A DNA stretch of 64,000 nt from assembly GCA_035498555.1 (NCBI GenBank), contig DATKAB010000081.1:28239-92238 (forward strand), written 5' to 3'. The stretch is from Candidatus Sulfotelmatobacter sp. Lineage in GTDB: Bacteria; Eisenbacteria; RBG-16-71-46. This document shows, piece after piece, positions 1-13,377 of this stretch. Under the pieces are notes generated by a model, which was given only the letters and a program-made list of their open reading frames with translations, ran no database searches and had not been told where the DNA came from. How positions within the stretch are numbered: position 1 is the stretch's first letter; every line of letters starts with the position of its first letter. The position numbers were made by a program, and so were the translations under genes.

Positions 1-433
1 CCGATCCCACCCGATCGCTCTTCACCCACAGCTCACGATCGGCCTCGAATCGGATCCGCACCGCGCGACCCGCCTCGGGGCCGAGGAACTCGCCGCGCGC
101 GGAGAGGAACTTGAGCGCGTTCCAGGGCGCGGGATTGTGACTGGCGGTGAGGATGAGGCCGCCGGCGGCACCCAGGTGCTCGACCGCGACCTGAGTCGCG
201 GGCGTGGTGGCGAGCCCGATGTCGACCAGATCGCGGCCGGCGGCCGTGACGCCGGCGGTGACGGCCGCTGCCAGCATCGGCCCCGAGCGCCTCGCGTCGC
301 GCCCCATCACCACCGCGCCGCCGGGCAGTTCACGGGCGAACGCCGCGGCGAACCGCGCGATCACCGGCGGCGTGAGCGAGTCGCCGACGATGCCGCGCAC
401 TCCCGCGACCGAGATCATGAGCGGTGAGTTCAT
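1..433 (-). CDS. alpha-D-phosphohexomutase, GlmM/phosphomannomutase-like (N-terminal 144 codons; gene runs off the left edge)
   Basis: My reverse translation from ATG (rc of cat 431-433) reads MNSPLMISVAGVRGIVGDSLTPP...GAAGGLILTASHNPAPWNALKFLSARGEFL. TASHNP is the phosphoserine loop of this family. The ORF is not in the track because it is open at the window edge. Confidence 0.75.
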   Translation of the reverse strand, partial: MNSPLMISVAGVRGIVGDSLTPPVIARFAAAFARELPGGAVVMGRDARRSGPMLAAAVTAGVTAAGRDLVDIGLATTPATQVAVEHLGAAGGLILTASHNPAPWNALKFLSARGEFLGPEAGRAVRIRFEADRELWVKSDRVGS

Positions 434-553
434 GCGCGGTACGTTACGCGAGCGGGTGCAGACCGACAACGCGAACCGTCGCTTCGGAGCAACCGATCTG
501 CCCGATCAACGATCGAAGCCGCGAGCCCGGCGGGCCCGCGGCCTCGAGGAGAA

Positions 554-629
554 TGGAGCTGGTGACCGGAATCGAACCGGTGACCCCGTCATTACGAGTG
601 ACGTGCTCTACCAGCTGAGCTACACCAGC
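554..629 (-). tRNA. tRNA-Thr (anticodon CGT)
   Basis: The reverse complement gives a 76-nt cloverleaf: acceptor GCTGGTG/CACCAGC, D-arm GCTC-AGCTGGTA-GAGC, anticodon stem CGTCA/TGACG with loop CTCGTAA, T-arm ACCGG-TTCGATT-CCGGT, discriminator T, encoded CCA. Confidence 0.9.
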
Positions 630-718
630 CCGGACAGCTTCTGCGTCCGCTCGCCGGCGGAGCAGATCCCTCGTCACGAGGCGATCGCTCCACCCGCCGA
701 GTCTCAGCGACAAAATAA

Positions 719-794
719 TGGTGCGACCCCCCAGAATCGAACTGGGGACACCGTGATTTTCAGTCACGTGCTCTACCAACTGAGCTAGGGTCGC
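719..794 (-). tRNA. tRNA-Phe (anticodon GAA)
   Basis: The reverse complement gives a 76-nt cloverleaf: acceptor GCGACCC/GGGTCGC, D-arm GCTC-AGTTGGTA-GAGC, anticodon stem CGTGA/TCACG with loop CTGAAAA, T-arm CCCAG-TTCGATT-CTGGG, discriminator A, encoded CCA. Confidence 0.9.
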
Positions 795-906
795 ACCGAA
801 ACCGGCGTCGAGAGAAGTAGCACGCGGGCGGAATGGGCGTCAACGCGTTGCCGGCGGGTGAGATGCGGCCGCCGGGTTGGCCGAGCCCGGGGCGCCACGT
901 TCGGCG

Positions 907-2805
907 TCAGGCCTCGACGCCCCGATGGCGGCGATCCCGCGCGCTTCCCCGCCGGTCGGGTCCGGCCTGTCGCCGGTCGCCATTCTCCAGGACCGGCAGC
1001 GTCAGCATGACGGTCGCGCCCCACTCGGAGTCCGAGCGCACCCGGATCTCGCCGCCGTGACGCCTCACGATCTGATCGGCGACGTGGAGCGCGGGGCCGC
1101 CGGGCGCACCTGCGGCCGGACGAAACGGCACGAACAGCGGCTCGATGAGACCGCCCGGCTCGCGCCGGGCGTCGTAGGAGATCTCGACCACGACGTGGTC
1201 GCGCGCCAGCCGCGATTCGACGCGCACGCGCCCGCCGACCGGCACCGCTTCCACCGCGTGCTCGAGCAGATTGGCCAGCACCTGCCGCATGCGGGGTGCG
1301 TCGAGCAGCAGGATCGGGGATTCGGGGTCGAGGCGCTTGAGCAGTCGCACCCGCCGGCGCACCAGTTGCTCTCCCACCCCCGGCAGCACCTCCTGAATCA
1401 CGGCGTTGACGCTCTCGAGCTGGAGCGTACCGGGCTCGGCGGCGGCCAGTTCGAGCGGCTCGCCCAGCATCTTCTCGAGACGCTCGGTCTCGCGAATCAC
1501 CACTTCGATGTACTCGCGATTGGGATCCGCTCCCGGCAGCTCGCGGTGCGCGCGCCGCGCGAACGCGCCGATCGAAGCCAGCGGATGTCGCGCCTCGCGC
1601 GCCAGCCTTCCGGCGATTTCCCCGAGGGTCGCGAGCCGCTCACGCCGGCGGAGCCGAGCCCGCGCCTCGGCCAGCTGCGCCTCCATCCGGCGGAGCGCGT
1701 CCCCGCATTCGGCCTGCTCGAGCAGCGCCCCGAGTCCCTCGGCCAGCGCCCGGATCAGCTCGTGATCGCTGCTGGCGAAGCGCGCATGGCGCGCGCCGGG
1801 AGTGTCGAACAGCGCCAGCACGCCGAGCGCGCGTTCGCGTCCCAGCACCGGCACGCAGGCGATCCGCGCGAATCGCCCGGCCGATTCAGCCGCCAGCCCG
1901 GAGTCCTCGAGCGGCTCGTCGAAATAGCGAGCCCGACCCTGATCGACCATCCGCTCCACCAGCGGATCGAGCGCGCGCGCCAGGCTCTCGCGCTCGGCCA
2001 GCGCCCCGGCGGTGAGTTCGAGACGCGGCGACCCGCCGGGAGTCGCGCGCCAGAAGGCGGCGCCTTCGGCGAGCGTGCCCTGGAGCGCGGCGTTGAGGCT
2101 CGAGCGAAGCGCATCGACCAGGTGCGGGCTCCCGAGCGCCAGGCGCGACTGCGCGATCAGCGCGGCGCGCTGGCGGGCGCCGCGACGCGCGGCCTCACGC
2201 GACTCGAGCTCGCGCGCGGCGACCTGCGCGACGCCGGCCAGCGACGCGAACGCCACCGGTTGCGGCTCGGCCTCGGACGCGCCGAGCGCCGCGACCAGCA
2301 ACCAGGCCTCGGCGCCGATTCGGTAGTGGAACGCGCCGATGCGCTCCGCTCCCGACCAGGGCATGCGTTCCCCGCTCGCGCCGAATGCGGTGCCGCGATC
2401 GCGCCAGGCCGCCAGTGGCACGGCATCGAGCACCGCGAGCGGAATCGCGATTCGCTCGGAAGGCGCCTCTCGTGCGGGGTGCGCGCGCGCGCCGGCGAGT
2501 CGCTCCGCGGCGCCGGTGGCGTGCTCGACTTCGAAGGAGTCGGTGTCGTCGGTCAGCCGGAGCAGCCACGCACCCTGGGCGATCGGCGAACTCGAATGTG
2601 CGGCCAGGTCCGCCAGCCGCGCGCCCAGCTCGTCGGCATCGGCGCACTCGGCGAGCCGATCGAGCCAATCGAGCGCACGCGCCAGCTCGGGCGACCGCTC
2701 CACGGCCTCGATCGCTCCCGGCGGAGTGGGTCCGTCGAAGGAAGAATGCACGGGGGCCTTTCGAAAGGGGGAATCCGTCGCAGAGGGCCGCAACCCCCAT
2801 GCCAC
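907..2805 (-). CDS. cytoplasmic sensor histidine kinase with GAF-type N-terminal sensory region
   Basis: 632-aa ORF. H-box ERLATLGEIAGRLAREARHPLASI, then an HATPase_c-like tail (VLANLLEHAVEA..., RRHGGEIRVRSDSEWGATVMLTLP). The N-terminal ~380 aa are GAF-like and there is no TM segment. The exact start codon is uncertain. Confidence 0.75.
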   Translation of the reverse strand: MAWGLRPSATDSPFRKAPVHSSFDGPTPPGAIEAVERSPELARALDWLDRLAECADADELGARLADLAAHSSSPIAQGAWLLRLTDDTDSFEVEHATGAAERLAGARAHPAREAPSERIAIPLAVLDAVPLAAWRDRGTAFGASGERMPWSGAERIGAFHYRIGAEAWLLVAALGASEAEPQPVAFASLAGVAQVAARELESREAARRGARQRAALIAQSRLALGSPHLVDALRSSLNAALQGTLAEGAAFWRATPGGSPRLELTAGALAERESLARALDPLVERMVDQGRARYFDEPLEDSGLAAESAGRFARIACVPVLGRERALGVLALFDTPGARHARFASSDHELIRALAEGLGALLEQAECGDALRRMEAQLAEARARLRRRERLATLGEIAGRLAREARHPLASIGAFARRAHRELPGADPNREYIEVVIRETERLEKMLGEPLELAAAEPGTLQLESVNAVIQEVLPGVGEQLVRRRVRLLKRLDPESPILLLDAPRMRQVLANLLEHAVEAVPVGGRVRVESRLARDHVVVEISYDARREPGGLIEPLFVPFRPAAGAPGGPALHVADQIVRRHGGEIRVRSDSEWGATVMLTLPVLENGDRRQAGPDRRGSARDRRHRGVEA

Positions 2806-2989
2806 GCGCGGCGGGATCTTCGCGCCCAGCTCTCGGGCCCCGAGACCGCGCCAATCGCGGCTCTAACTCGGCTTTGGGCTTGACGCTAGCGCGAGCCGAC
2901 CCTACCGTGCCGGGCGTGCCGGTCCCCTTTCGGCGAGCGGGCGGAGGCCCCGCGGGCTCGCGCGGCTGGGTGAGAATGGGAGAAAGCCC

Positions 2990-3283
2990 GTGGAAAAGCC
3001 CCAACCGCAGATGCAGGTCGAGCTGAGCGAGCGCGAAGCCGAGGGCATCTATTCGAACGTGGTGTTCATCGCGCATTCGGCGTCCGAGGTCATCCTGGAT
3101 TTCGCGCGCGCCCTGCCCGGCCTGCCCAAGGCCAAGGTCTATGCCCGCATCATCGTGACCCCACAGCACGCGAAGTCGCTGCTCATGGCGCTCGAACAGA
3201 ACCTCAAGAACTACGAGACCCAGTTCGGCGCCATCAAGCTCCCCGGCGAACCGCGCACCAAGGAGATGGGCTTCAAGCCGTGA
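2990..3283 (+). CDS. DUF3467 family protein
   Basis: 97 aa. EGIYSNVVFIAHSASEVILDFARALPGLPKAKVYARIIVTPQHAKSLLMALEQNLKNYETQFG matches the conserved core I recognise for DUF3467. Confidence 0.8.
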   Translation: MEKPQPQMQVELSEREAEGIYSNVVFIAHSASEVILDFARALPGLPKAKVYARIIVTPQHAKSLLMALEQNLKNYETQFGAIKLPGEPRTKEMGFKP

Positions 3284-3305
3284 CGGAGCGCCGGGCGGCC
3301 GCGCC

Positions 3306-5006
3306 GTGAGACGGCCCGGGAGATCGCTCCTGCTGGTGCTCCACAGCCACCTGCCCTGGGTACTGCACCACGGGCGCTGGCCACACGGCAGCGACTGGCT
3401 GTGCGAGGCGGTCGCCGAGAGCTATCTACCGCTGTGGCGAGTGTTGAGCGCGCGGGCCCGGCGTTCCCGCCCGGTCCGGGTGACGCTCAGCCTGAGCCCG
3501 GTGCTCTGCGAGCAGCTCGCCCACCCCGACTTCGCCGGCGAGTTCCGCGCCTACCTCGACATCAAGCATTCGGCCGCCCGCGAGGACCGGCTGCGCTTCG
3601 CCGCCGGGCGCCGCACCGAAGAAGCCGGACTCGCGCGGCGCTGGGAGAGGTTTTACCGCGCGACGCTCGAGGAGTTCTTCGGTCCGCACGGCACCAATCT
3701 GGTCGCTCGTTTTCGGCGACTCGAAGAGCAGGGCGCGATCGAGATCATCACCTCGGCCGCGACCCACGGCTATCTGCCGCTGCTCGGCACCGCGGCGTCC
3801 GTCGAGCGCCAGATCGGGATCGCGCGCGTCACCCATCGTCGCCATTTCGGGCGCGATCCGCGCGGCATGTGGATCCCCGAGTGCGCGTATCGCCCGGGAG
3901 GGCCGTGGCGCTCGCCGGTCGAGTCGGACCGCGACGAACCGTGGCGACCGGGCGTCGACGAACCGCTGGCAGGGAGCGGCTTCGAATATTTCTTCGTCGA
4001 CGAACACCTGGTCGCCGGCGGCGAACCGATTGGCGTCGCGTCGGAATTCGCGACGGCGAGAGTGGGCCCGGCGAGTTTCGCGCGCACCGGATTCACTCCC
4101 TCGGGCGCCTTTCGGGTCGAGCCCTCGGGGCTCGCCTGCTTCGCCCGCGACCGTCGAACCGCCGAGCAAGTCTGGAGCCGCATCGGCGGCTATCCCGGCG
4201 ATGCCGAATACCTCGAGTTCCACAAGCGGAACCATCCGGGGGGACTGCGATACTGGGCGGTGACCGACCCTCACTCGGATCTGGCCGGGAAGCGCCTCTA
4301 TCGCCCGCGCGTGGCTCGCGACCGCGTGGCCGAACATGCCCGGCATCTGCTCGAGAGCCTGCGCCCCGGCCCGGATGACCACCGCGCCGACTCGCACTCC
4401 CCGGTGTGCGCGCTCTATGACACCGAGCTGTTTGGCCACTGGTGGTTCGAGGGTCCCGAGTTCCTCGGCGCCCTGCTCGATCGTGCGCCCGGCCAGGGGC
4501 TCACCCCCGAAACCGCCGGCCAGTTCCTCGACCGGAAGGGAACCCACGGCCGCGCGCGCCTGTTCGAGGGCTCGTGGGGAGAAGGCGGGGACCATCGGGT
4601 CTGGCTCCAGCCCTCGACACACGAAGCGTGGCGGTCGATCCACGATCTCGAGCGCCGCTTCGAGCGGCTCGCGATCGAGGTGGCGCGCGCCTCGTCGCCG
4701 CTGGCCGGACGCGCGATGGCGCAGGCGCTGCGCGAGCTGCTGCTGCTCGAGAGCTCGGACTGGACGTTCCTGATCACGCGCGGCACCGCCGCCGACTACG
4801 CCGAGGCCCGCTGGCGCGGGCACGCGCGCGACGCGGCCGAGCTGCTCAAGCTGGCCTCTCGCTCACACGCCGGAGCCCCCGTGACCGCCGTCGAGATGGA
4901 GCGCCTGGCGGCGTGCGAAGCCCGCGACTCGCTGTTCCAGGGCCTCGACTGGCGAGCCGGGCTTTCCCCGGCGTCCATCCTCGGCGAGGGGGTGCCCGCC
5001 GGCTAG
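3306..5006 (+). CDS. glycoside hydrolase family 57 / 1,4-alpha-glucan branching-type enzyme (DUF1957 C-terminal region)
   Basis: 566 aa with a GTG start. N-terminus LLLVLHSHLPWVLHHGRWPHGSDWLCEAVAESYLPL, later ITSAATHGYLPLL, WIPECAY and TELFGHWWFEGPEFL, typical of GH57 branching enzymes. Confidence 0.8.
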   Translation: MRRPGRSLLLVLHSHLPWVLHHGRWPHGSDWLCEAVAESYLPLWRVLSARARRSRPVRVTLSLSPVLCEQLAHPDFAGEFRAYLDIKHSAAREDRLRFAAGRRTEEAGLARRWERFYRATLEEFFGPHGTNLVARFRRLEEQGAIEIITSAATHGYLPLLGTAASVERQIGIARVTHRRHFGRDPRGMWIPECAYRPGGPWRSPVESDRDEPWRPGVDEPLAGSGFEYFFVDEHLVAGGEPIGVASEFATARVGPASFARTGFTPSGAFRVEPSGLACFARDRRTAEQVWSRIGGYPGDAEYLEFHKRNHPGGLRYWAVTDPHSDLAGKRLYRPRVARDRVAEHARHLLESLRPGPDDHRADSHSPVCALYDTELFGHWWFEGPEFLGALLDRAPGQGLTPETAGQFLDRKGTHGRARLFEGSWGEGGDHRVWLQPSTHEAWRSIHDLERRFERLAIEVARASSPLAGRAMAQALRELLLLESSDWTFLITRGTAADYAEARWRGHARDAAELLKLASRSHAGAPVTAVEMERLAACEARDSLFQGLDWRAGLSPASILGEGVPAG

Positions 5007-5425
5007 ACTCCGCTCCCGGCCTCGGCGCGCGGGGCCGCCTCGAGCAGCTTCTGCAGCGCCTCCGGCGGCCGGCCGGCACGACCCTCGCGGCCGAGAAAGC
5101 AGTGGAGCGTCGAGCCGTTAGCCAGCAGTTCGCCGTCGTTCTCCCGCACGATCCGGTAGCCGAACCGCACCGACGCGCGATGGAGCTCCGCCACACCGGT
5201 TTCGATCACCACGCGCTCGTCGTAGCGCGCCCCCTCGTGATAGCGGCAGTGCGCTTCCAGCACCGGGAGCAGCGTGCCACCCCGCTCGACGTCGCGGTAG
5301 GTCGTGCCCAGCGAGCGGAGCATCTCGGCGCGGCCGATCTCGAACCAGCGGAGATAGTTCGCGTAATAGACCCAGCCCATCTGATCGATGTCGGCGTAAC
5401 GAACGCGCACTTCGAAACGATGCAT
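5003..5425 (-). CDS. acyl-CoA thioesterase, YbgC/4HBT hot-dog family
   Basis: 140 aa. MHRFEVRVRYADIDQMGWVYYANYLRWFEIGRAEMLR is the classical 4HBT N-terminal signature. Confidence 0.8.
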   Translation of the reverse strand: MHRFEVRVRYADIDQMGWVYYANYLRWFEIGRAEMLRSLGTTYRDVERGGTLLPVLEAHCRYHEGARYDERVVIETGVAELHRASVRFGYRIVRENDGELLANGSTLHCFLGREGRAGRPPEALQKLLEAAPRAEAGSGV

Positions 5426-5446
5426 CCGCCCTCCCGGTTCGGGTGG

Positions 5447-6325
5447 TCAGACCGCCAGCGGCGGTCGAGTCTTCCATCGGCGATGGAGCCAGAACCACAT
5501 CGCCGGGTACCGTCGCACCCAGAATTCCAGCCGCTCGACGTGCCGGCGCGTGAGATCGAGCGCCGCATCCTCGCCGCGCGCGGGGTCGCCCAGCATCGGT
5601 GGCTCGACCTCGAGATCGAGCCGGCCGTCGTGCCGCCGGGTCGGGAACCCCATCACGATCGGCACGCGCGCCGCGAGCGCGATCCGGGCCGGCCCGAGCG
5701 TCGTGCTCGCCGGACGGCCGAGGAACGGGATGAAGCTGCCGTTCCGGCCGGCGTCCTGGTCGGCGACCAGCGCGATCCAGCGGCCCCGTCGCAAGGCTTC
5801 GAGGATGCGCCGAATCTCCGCCTCGGCCCGGAGCGTCCCCAGCCCGGCGTCGGCGCGAAGCCGCGCGATGCGCGCGTCGACCTCCTGATTGCGCTGCGTT
5901 CGCACCACCACGTCGACCGGATTGAGGCGCGCCAGACGCGCGGCCAGCAGCTCGAAACTGCTGAAGTGGCCGGTCATCAGGATCGCGCCCTTTCCGATCA
6001 CGCCGTGCAGGTGCTCGATGCCGGGCGTCTCGCCCACCACCTCGACCTCGGGCGCCGAGGCGAGCCGGGGGAGTTGCGTGTACTCGAGAAACACCCGACC
6101 CAGCTCCCGATAGTGCTCGGCGAGGATCGCTTCGCGCTCCGGGTTCGAGCGTTCGGGAAACGACCGGGCGAGGTTGTCGCGCGCCACGCGCGCGCGAATC
6201 CCCGCCCACCCCACCAGCGAACCGAGCGCCGCCCCGAGTCGCCGGAGGCCGGGCGTCGGCAGTGGACGCGCGAACGCCGCGGCCGCATCCACGCCCAGCG
6301 CCTCGGCGCGATGACGCAGACTCAC
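5447..6325 (-). CDS. lysophospholipid / lipid A biosynthesis acyltransferase (LpxL-HtrB family)
   Basis: The C-terminal 292 aa of the 555-aa track ORF. H(X)4E acyltransferase motif in MTGHFSSFELL, plus tail ...YPAMWFWLHRRWK. I place the start at GTG 6325, which forms a GTGA overlap with the dprA stop. The upstream part of the track ORF overlaps dprA and is Arg/Gly junk. Confidence 0.75.
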   Translation of the reverse strand: MSLRHRAEALGVDAAAAFARPLPTPGLRRLGAALGSLVGWAGIRARVARDNLARSFPERSNPEREAILAEHYRELGRVFLEYTQLPRLASAPEVEVVGETPGIEHLHGVIGKGAILMTGHFSSFELLAARLARLNPVDVVVRTQRNQEVDARIARLRADAGLGTLRAEAEIRRILEALRRGRWIALVADQDAGRNGSFIPFLGRPASTTLGPARIALAARVPIVMGFPTRRHDGRLDLEVEPPMLGDPARGEDAALDLTRRHVERLEFWVRRYPAMWFWLHRRWKTRPPLAV

Positions 6326-7222
6326 GCCCGGCCCCCGCGGCGCCAGCGCGCACCCGGTTCGCGGGTCGCGAGTCCCGCCCACTCGAGCTGAATCAGTTCG
6401 TTCAGCGTGCTCGCCACATCGAGCCCGGCGGCCGAAGCGCAACTCTCGACCGTGGTCGCGCGTACGGTGAGCGCCGCCAGCACCCGCTGCTGCGGCGATG
6501 CGCCGGTCGCGACCGGCGCCGGCGCCTGAATCGAGGCGCGGCGCCCCCGAACCGCCCGCGGCGCATCCTCTCCCAGCGCCGCCAGCACGTCGGCCGCGTC
6601 CTCGCACAGGCGCGCCCCGGCGCGAAGCAGCGCGTGACAGCCGCGCGAGGTCGGGCGGTCCACGTCGCCCGGCACCGCCAGCAGCGGGCGCCGCAATCGC
6701 CGCGCGAATTCCGCGGTGTGGAGCGCCCCGCTGCCCTCGGCCGCCTCCACCACCACCACCGCGCTCGCCAGCGCGGCGATCAGCCGGTTGCGCTCGATGA
6801 ACGAACGGCGCCGAACGGGGAACCCGGCCTCGCGCTCGCTGATCAACGCCCCTTGAACCATGATCCGTCGGGCGAGCGCCTGGTGTTGGGGCGGCACGAT
6901 CTCGTCGAGACTCCCGGGCAGCACGGCAAGGGTGACGCCGCCCGCCTCGAGCGCGCCCTCGTGCGCGGCGGCGTCGATGCCGCGCGCGAGCCCGCTCACC
7001 ACCGGATGCGAGAGGCGCGCCAGATCGAAGCTCAGCCGTCGTGCGAACTCGCGACCATAGGGAGTCGCGGCACGCGCTCCGACGATGGCCACCGATGGGT
7101 TCGCAGGCGGCCACGCTCCCGCGACGAGCACGCGTTCGGGCGGGTCGCCGAGCGCGAGGAGTCGGGCGGGATATTCGGGATCGCCGCGCTCGATGCGGCG
7201 TTGCGCGAGAGGCGTCCGGAGC

Positions 7223-7239
<17 letters not shown>
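6322..7239 (-). CDS. dprA: DNA-processing protein DprA (short form, no SAM domain)
   Basis: 305 aa. VAIVGARAATPYGREFARRL...VVSGLARGIDAAAHEGALEAGGVTLAVLPGSLD...ISEREAGFPVRRRSFIERNRLIAALA is the DprA Rossmann core. Confidence 0.85.
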
Positions 7240-10771
<3,532 letters not shown>

Positions 10772-10780
10772 GTGCCGCTC

Positions 10781-11083
10781 TCAGTCGCTGCCGGCGCTCT
10801 TGCCGCCGGCCGACGTCCCTCCGCCGTCGGACTTCTTCTTCTTCTCGCCCGACGAGGCGCCTCCGGACGGAGATTCCTTGCTCGCCTTCTCCTGGTAGTC
10901 CTTGCTCCGATAGTCGGTGATGTAGAAACCCGAACCCTTGAAGAGCAGGCCCGCTCCTCCGGCCGGCACCCGATCGGCGCGGCCCTTGCACTTCGGGCAC
11001 CGGCGCGGCCTGGTATCGCGGATCGAGTGGAACTCCTCGAATTCATGGCCGCACTTGCGGCACCGATAGGCATAGGTCGGCAT
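10781..11083 (-). CDS. FmdB-family zinc-ribbon protein
   Basis: 100 aa. MPTYAYRCRKCGHEFEEFHSI....RCPKCKG (CxxC...CxxC) followed by a Gly/Ser/Lys-rich tail. Confidence 0.85.
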   Translation of the reverse strand: MPTYAYRCRKCGHEFEEFHSIRDTRPRRCPKCKGRADRVPAGGAGLLFKGSGFYITDYRSKDYQEKASKESPSGGASSGEKKKKSDGGGTSAGGKSAGSD

Positions 11084-11122
11084 TTGAGTCTCGCGATCTC
11101 CTGCGTGTTCCTGGTGAGAAGT

Positions 11123-12127
11123 CTACTCGCGGCTGGCGCCGGCGGCGGTGGTGGCCAGCGCGCAGGCGATGGTGGCGACCTCGACCACGTCCTCGGCGGT
11201 GCAGCCGCGCGAGAGGTCGTTCGACTGCCGCGCGAGCCCCTGCAGGATCGGCCCGTAGGCCTGAGCACCCGCCAGCCGCTGAGTCAGCTTGTAGCCGATG
11301 TTGCCGGAGTCGAGGTCGGGAAAGATCAGCACGTTGGCGTGCCCGGCGACCACGCTGTCGGGCGCCTTCCGGCGCGCGACCCCCGGCTCGAGCGCGGCGT
11401 CGGCCTGCAGCTCGCCGTCGAAGTGGAGATCGGGGCGGCGCTCCCGGGCCAGCGCCAGCGCGCGCCGCACCTTGTCCACCTTCGGGTGCTCGGCGCTGCC
11501 GCGCGTCGAGAAGCTGAGGAACGCGACGTGCGGCACCTGGCGCGTGAGCCGCGCGCACTGGTCGGCCGTGAGACAGGCGATCTCGGCGAGCTGCTCCGGC
11601 GTCGGATCGGGAATCACCGCGCAGTCGGCGAAGAACAGCGCGCGCTCGGGATGTCCGGCGACCGGCGGCACCACCATCAGGAAGAAGGACGACACCGAGC
11701 GCACGCCGGGCGCGAGCCCGATCAGCCACAGCGCCGCGCGCAGCACGTCGGAAGTGTTTCGCACCGCGCCGCCGACGAAGCAGTCGGCGTCCCCGCGGGC
11801 CACGCGCAGCGCCGCCTGGAACAGCGGGTCCCGCGCGTGCTTCGCGAGATCGACGGCCGGGAGCCGGTCGCCGCGCGCCGCCTTCAACGCCTCGGCGGTG
11901 CGGTTCAAGGCCGTCGCGTCGGTCGGATCGAGGATCTCGACCCCCGAAGCGTTGACGCCCGCCTGCCGCATCGCCGCACGCACCTCGTCGCGCGCGCCGA
12001 TCAGCGCCACCTCGGCCCAGCCGTCGCGCGCGATCCGATCGGCGGCGCGCACGATCCGCTCGTCGCCGCCCTCGGGCAGCACCAGCCGCCGCCGCGGCTG
12101 GCGCGCAAGCTGGCGGATGCGATCCAT
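11123..12127 (-). CDS. pta: phosphate acetyltransferase (PTA_PTB type)
   Basis: I start at ATG 12127 ([29 protein letters not shown]). Later motifs [31 protein letters not shown] and [17 protein letters not shown]. Confidence 0.85.
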   Translation of the reverse strand: MDRIRQLARQPRRRLVLPEGGDERIVRAADRIARDGWAEVALIGARDEVRAAMRQAGVNASGVEILDPTDATALNRTAEALKAARGDRLPAVDLAKHARDPLFQAALRVARGDADCFVGGAVRNTSDVLRAALWLIGLAPGVRSVSSFFLMVVPPVAGHPERALFFADCAVIPDPTPEQLAEIACLTADQCARLTRQVPHVAFLSFSTRGSAEHPKVDKVRRALALARERRPDLHFDGELQADAALEPGVARRKAPDSVVAGHANVLIFPDLDSGNIGYKLTQRLAGAQAYGPILQGLARQSNDLSRGCTAEDVVEVATIACALATTAAGASRE

Positions 12128-12135
12128 CACCGCGC

Positions 12136-12705
12136 TCAACGAGACTTGCCTTTCGCCGAGGCGACCCGGCCGCGCGCGCGCGTCCGAACCGCCGCGCCCT
12201 GCGATTTCGCGGCGGCGGCGTTCGGCCGCAGCCGGCGGCGCAGTCGTTCCTCGACCTCGCGCGGCACCAGACCCCGCACCTTGCCGCCCAGTCGCGCGAC
12301 TTCCTTCACCAGCGTCGAGTTGAGATAGGTGTACTGCTGGCTCGGCATCAGGAAGGCGACCTCGAGCCCGGCGGAGAGCCGGCGATTCATGAGCGCCATC
12401 TGGAACTCGAATTCGAAGTCGCTCACCGCGCGCAGTCCCCGGATCATCACCTGAGCGCCGACTCGGCGCGCGCAATCCACCACCAGATCGTCGAAGCTCA
12501 CCACCTCGACGCGGCGCAGCGAGCGGGTCGCGGCCACGATCATCTCGACGCGCTCCTCGATCGAGAACAGGGTGCCCTTGGCGGTGCTCTGCGCCACCGC
12601 CACCACCACCCGGTCGAAGAGCCGCGAGGCGCGGCGGGTGAGATCGAGATGCCCGTTGGTGAACGGATCGAAGGTGCCTGGAAACAGCGCGGTGGTCTCG
12701 CTCAT
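12136..12705 (-). CDS. coaD: phosphopantetheine adenylyltransferase with a ~35-aa basic C-terminal tail
   Basis: [26 protein letters not shown] (T/HxGH motif)...[18 protein letters not shown]...[12 protein letters not shown]. An alternative start lies 7 codons upstream at 12726. The tail is [36 protein letters not shown]. Confidence 0.85.
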   Translation of the reverse strand: MSETTALFPGTFDPFTNGHLDLTRRASRLFDRVVVAVAQSTAKGTLFSIEERVEMIVAATRSLRRVEVVSFDDLVVDCARRVGAQVMIRGLRAVSDFEFEFQMALMNRRLSAGLEVAFLMPSQQYTYLNSTLVKEVARLGGKVRGLVPREVEERLRRRLRPNAAAAKSQGAAVRTRARGRVASAKGKSR

Positions 12706-12727
12706 GGCCTCTCCTCTCACCCCCACA

Positions 12728-13288
12728 TTAGATAGATGTGGCGCCCGACCGATAGGCGGTCACGGCGGTCTGACCGTAGCGGCGCTCGCGCTCCTTGACC
12801 AGCGTCCCGCTGGTCTCGGGCATCGCTTCGCGCGCGTGATGCTCCAGCACCACCCGCGCCCCCGCCTTCAGCACGCCCGCCTGGCCGAGCTGCTCGAGCG
12901 TGTTCCGCGCCAGCTCTCCCCCGTAGGGCGGATCGGCGAACACCACGTCGGCCGCCCCAAGCGGCGCCCGAATCCGCCCGAGACCCCGCGGCAGCTCGAG
13001 CCTCCATACCGTGCACTCGGCCTCGAGCTCGAGCGCCCGGAGGTTCTCGCGCAGCGCGGCCAGCGCGAATGAATCGTTCTCGACGAAATCGGCGCGCGAA
13101 GCGCCTCGCGACAGCGCCTCGATCCCGAGTCCCCCCGAACCGGCGAACAGGTCCACCACCCGCAGACCGGCGAGAGGCTCGAGCGACATGATCAGCGCCT
13201 CGCGGACCCGATCGGACGTGGGCCGCGTGTGCCGGCCGCGCGGAGCCGAGAGACGCCGTCCACCGAGCCGGCCCGCGATCACCCGCAT
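12728..13288 (-). CDS. rsmD: 16S rRNA (guanine966-N2)-methyltransferase RsmD
   Basis: 186 aa. MRVIAGRLGGRRL..P.G..TRPTSDRVREALI, SAM motif DLFAGSGGLGIEALSRGA, and DPPY in FADPPYGG. Confidence 0.85.
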   Translation of the reverse strand: MRVIAGRLGGRRLSAPRGRHTRPTSDRVREALIMSLEPLAGLRVVDLFAGSGGLGIEALSRGASRADFVENDSFALAALRENLRALELEAECTVWRLELPRGLGRIRAPLGAADVVFADPPYGGELARNTLEQLGQAGVLKAGARVVLEHHAREAMPETSGTLVKERERRYGQTAVTAYRSGATSI

Positions 13289-13377
13289 GACGAGCGGCGC
13301 AGTCTCATCAAGCCCGCGCTCGGTGTCAAGATCGGCGGCCTGCCTTCCGCGGCGCGCGTGCGCTCCATCTCAGCGCC

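Noticed and set aside
554-794. The tRNA-Thr/tRNA-Phe pair as an integration site for a genomic island or prophage.
   Set aside because: There is no integrase, excisionase or phage gene on either side. I noticed no duplicated tRNA 3' end (att-like direct repeat) elsewhere in the window. The flanking genes are ordinary housekeeping or regulatory genes.
5447-7114. 555-aa - strand ORF taken as one gene.
   Set aside because: Only the last 292 codons look like an acyltransferase. The upstream part is Arg/Gly junk that overlaps the clearly real dprA in another frame. GTG 6325 gives a clean GTGA junction with the dprA stop.
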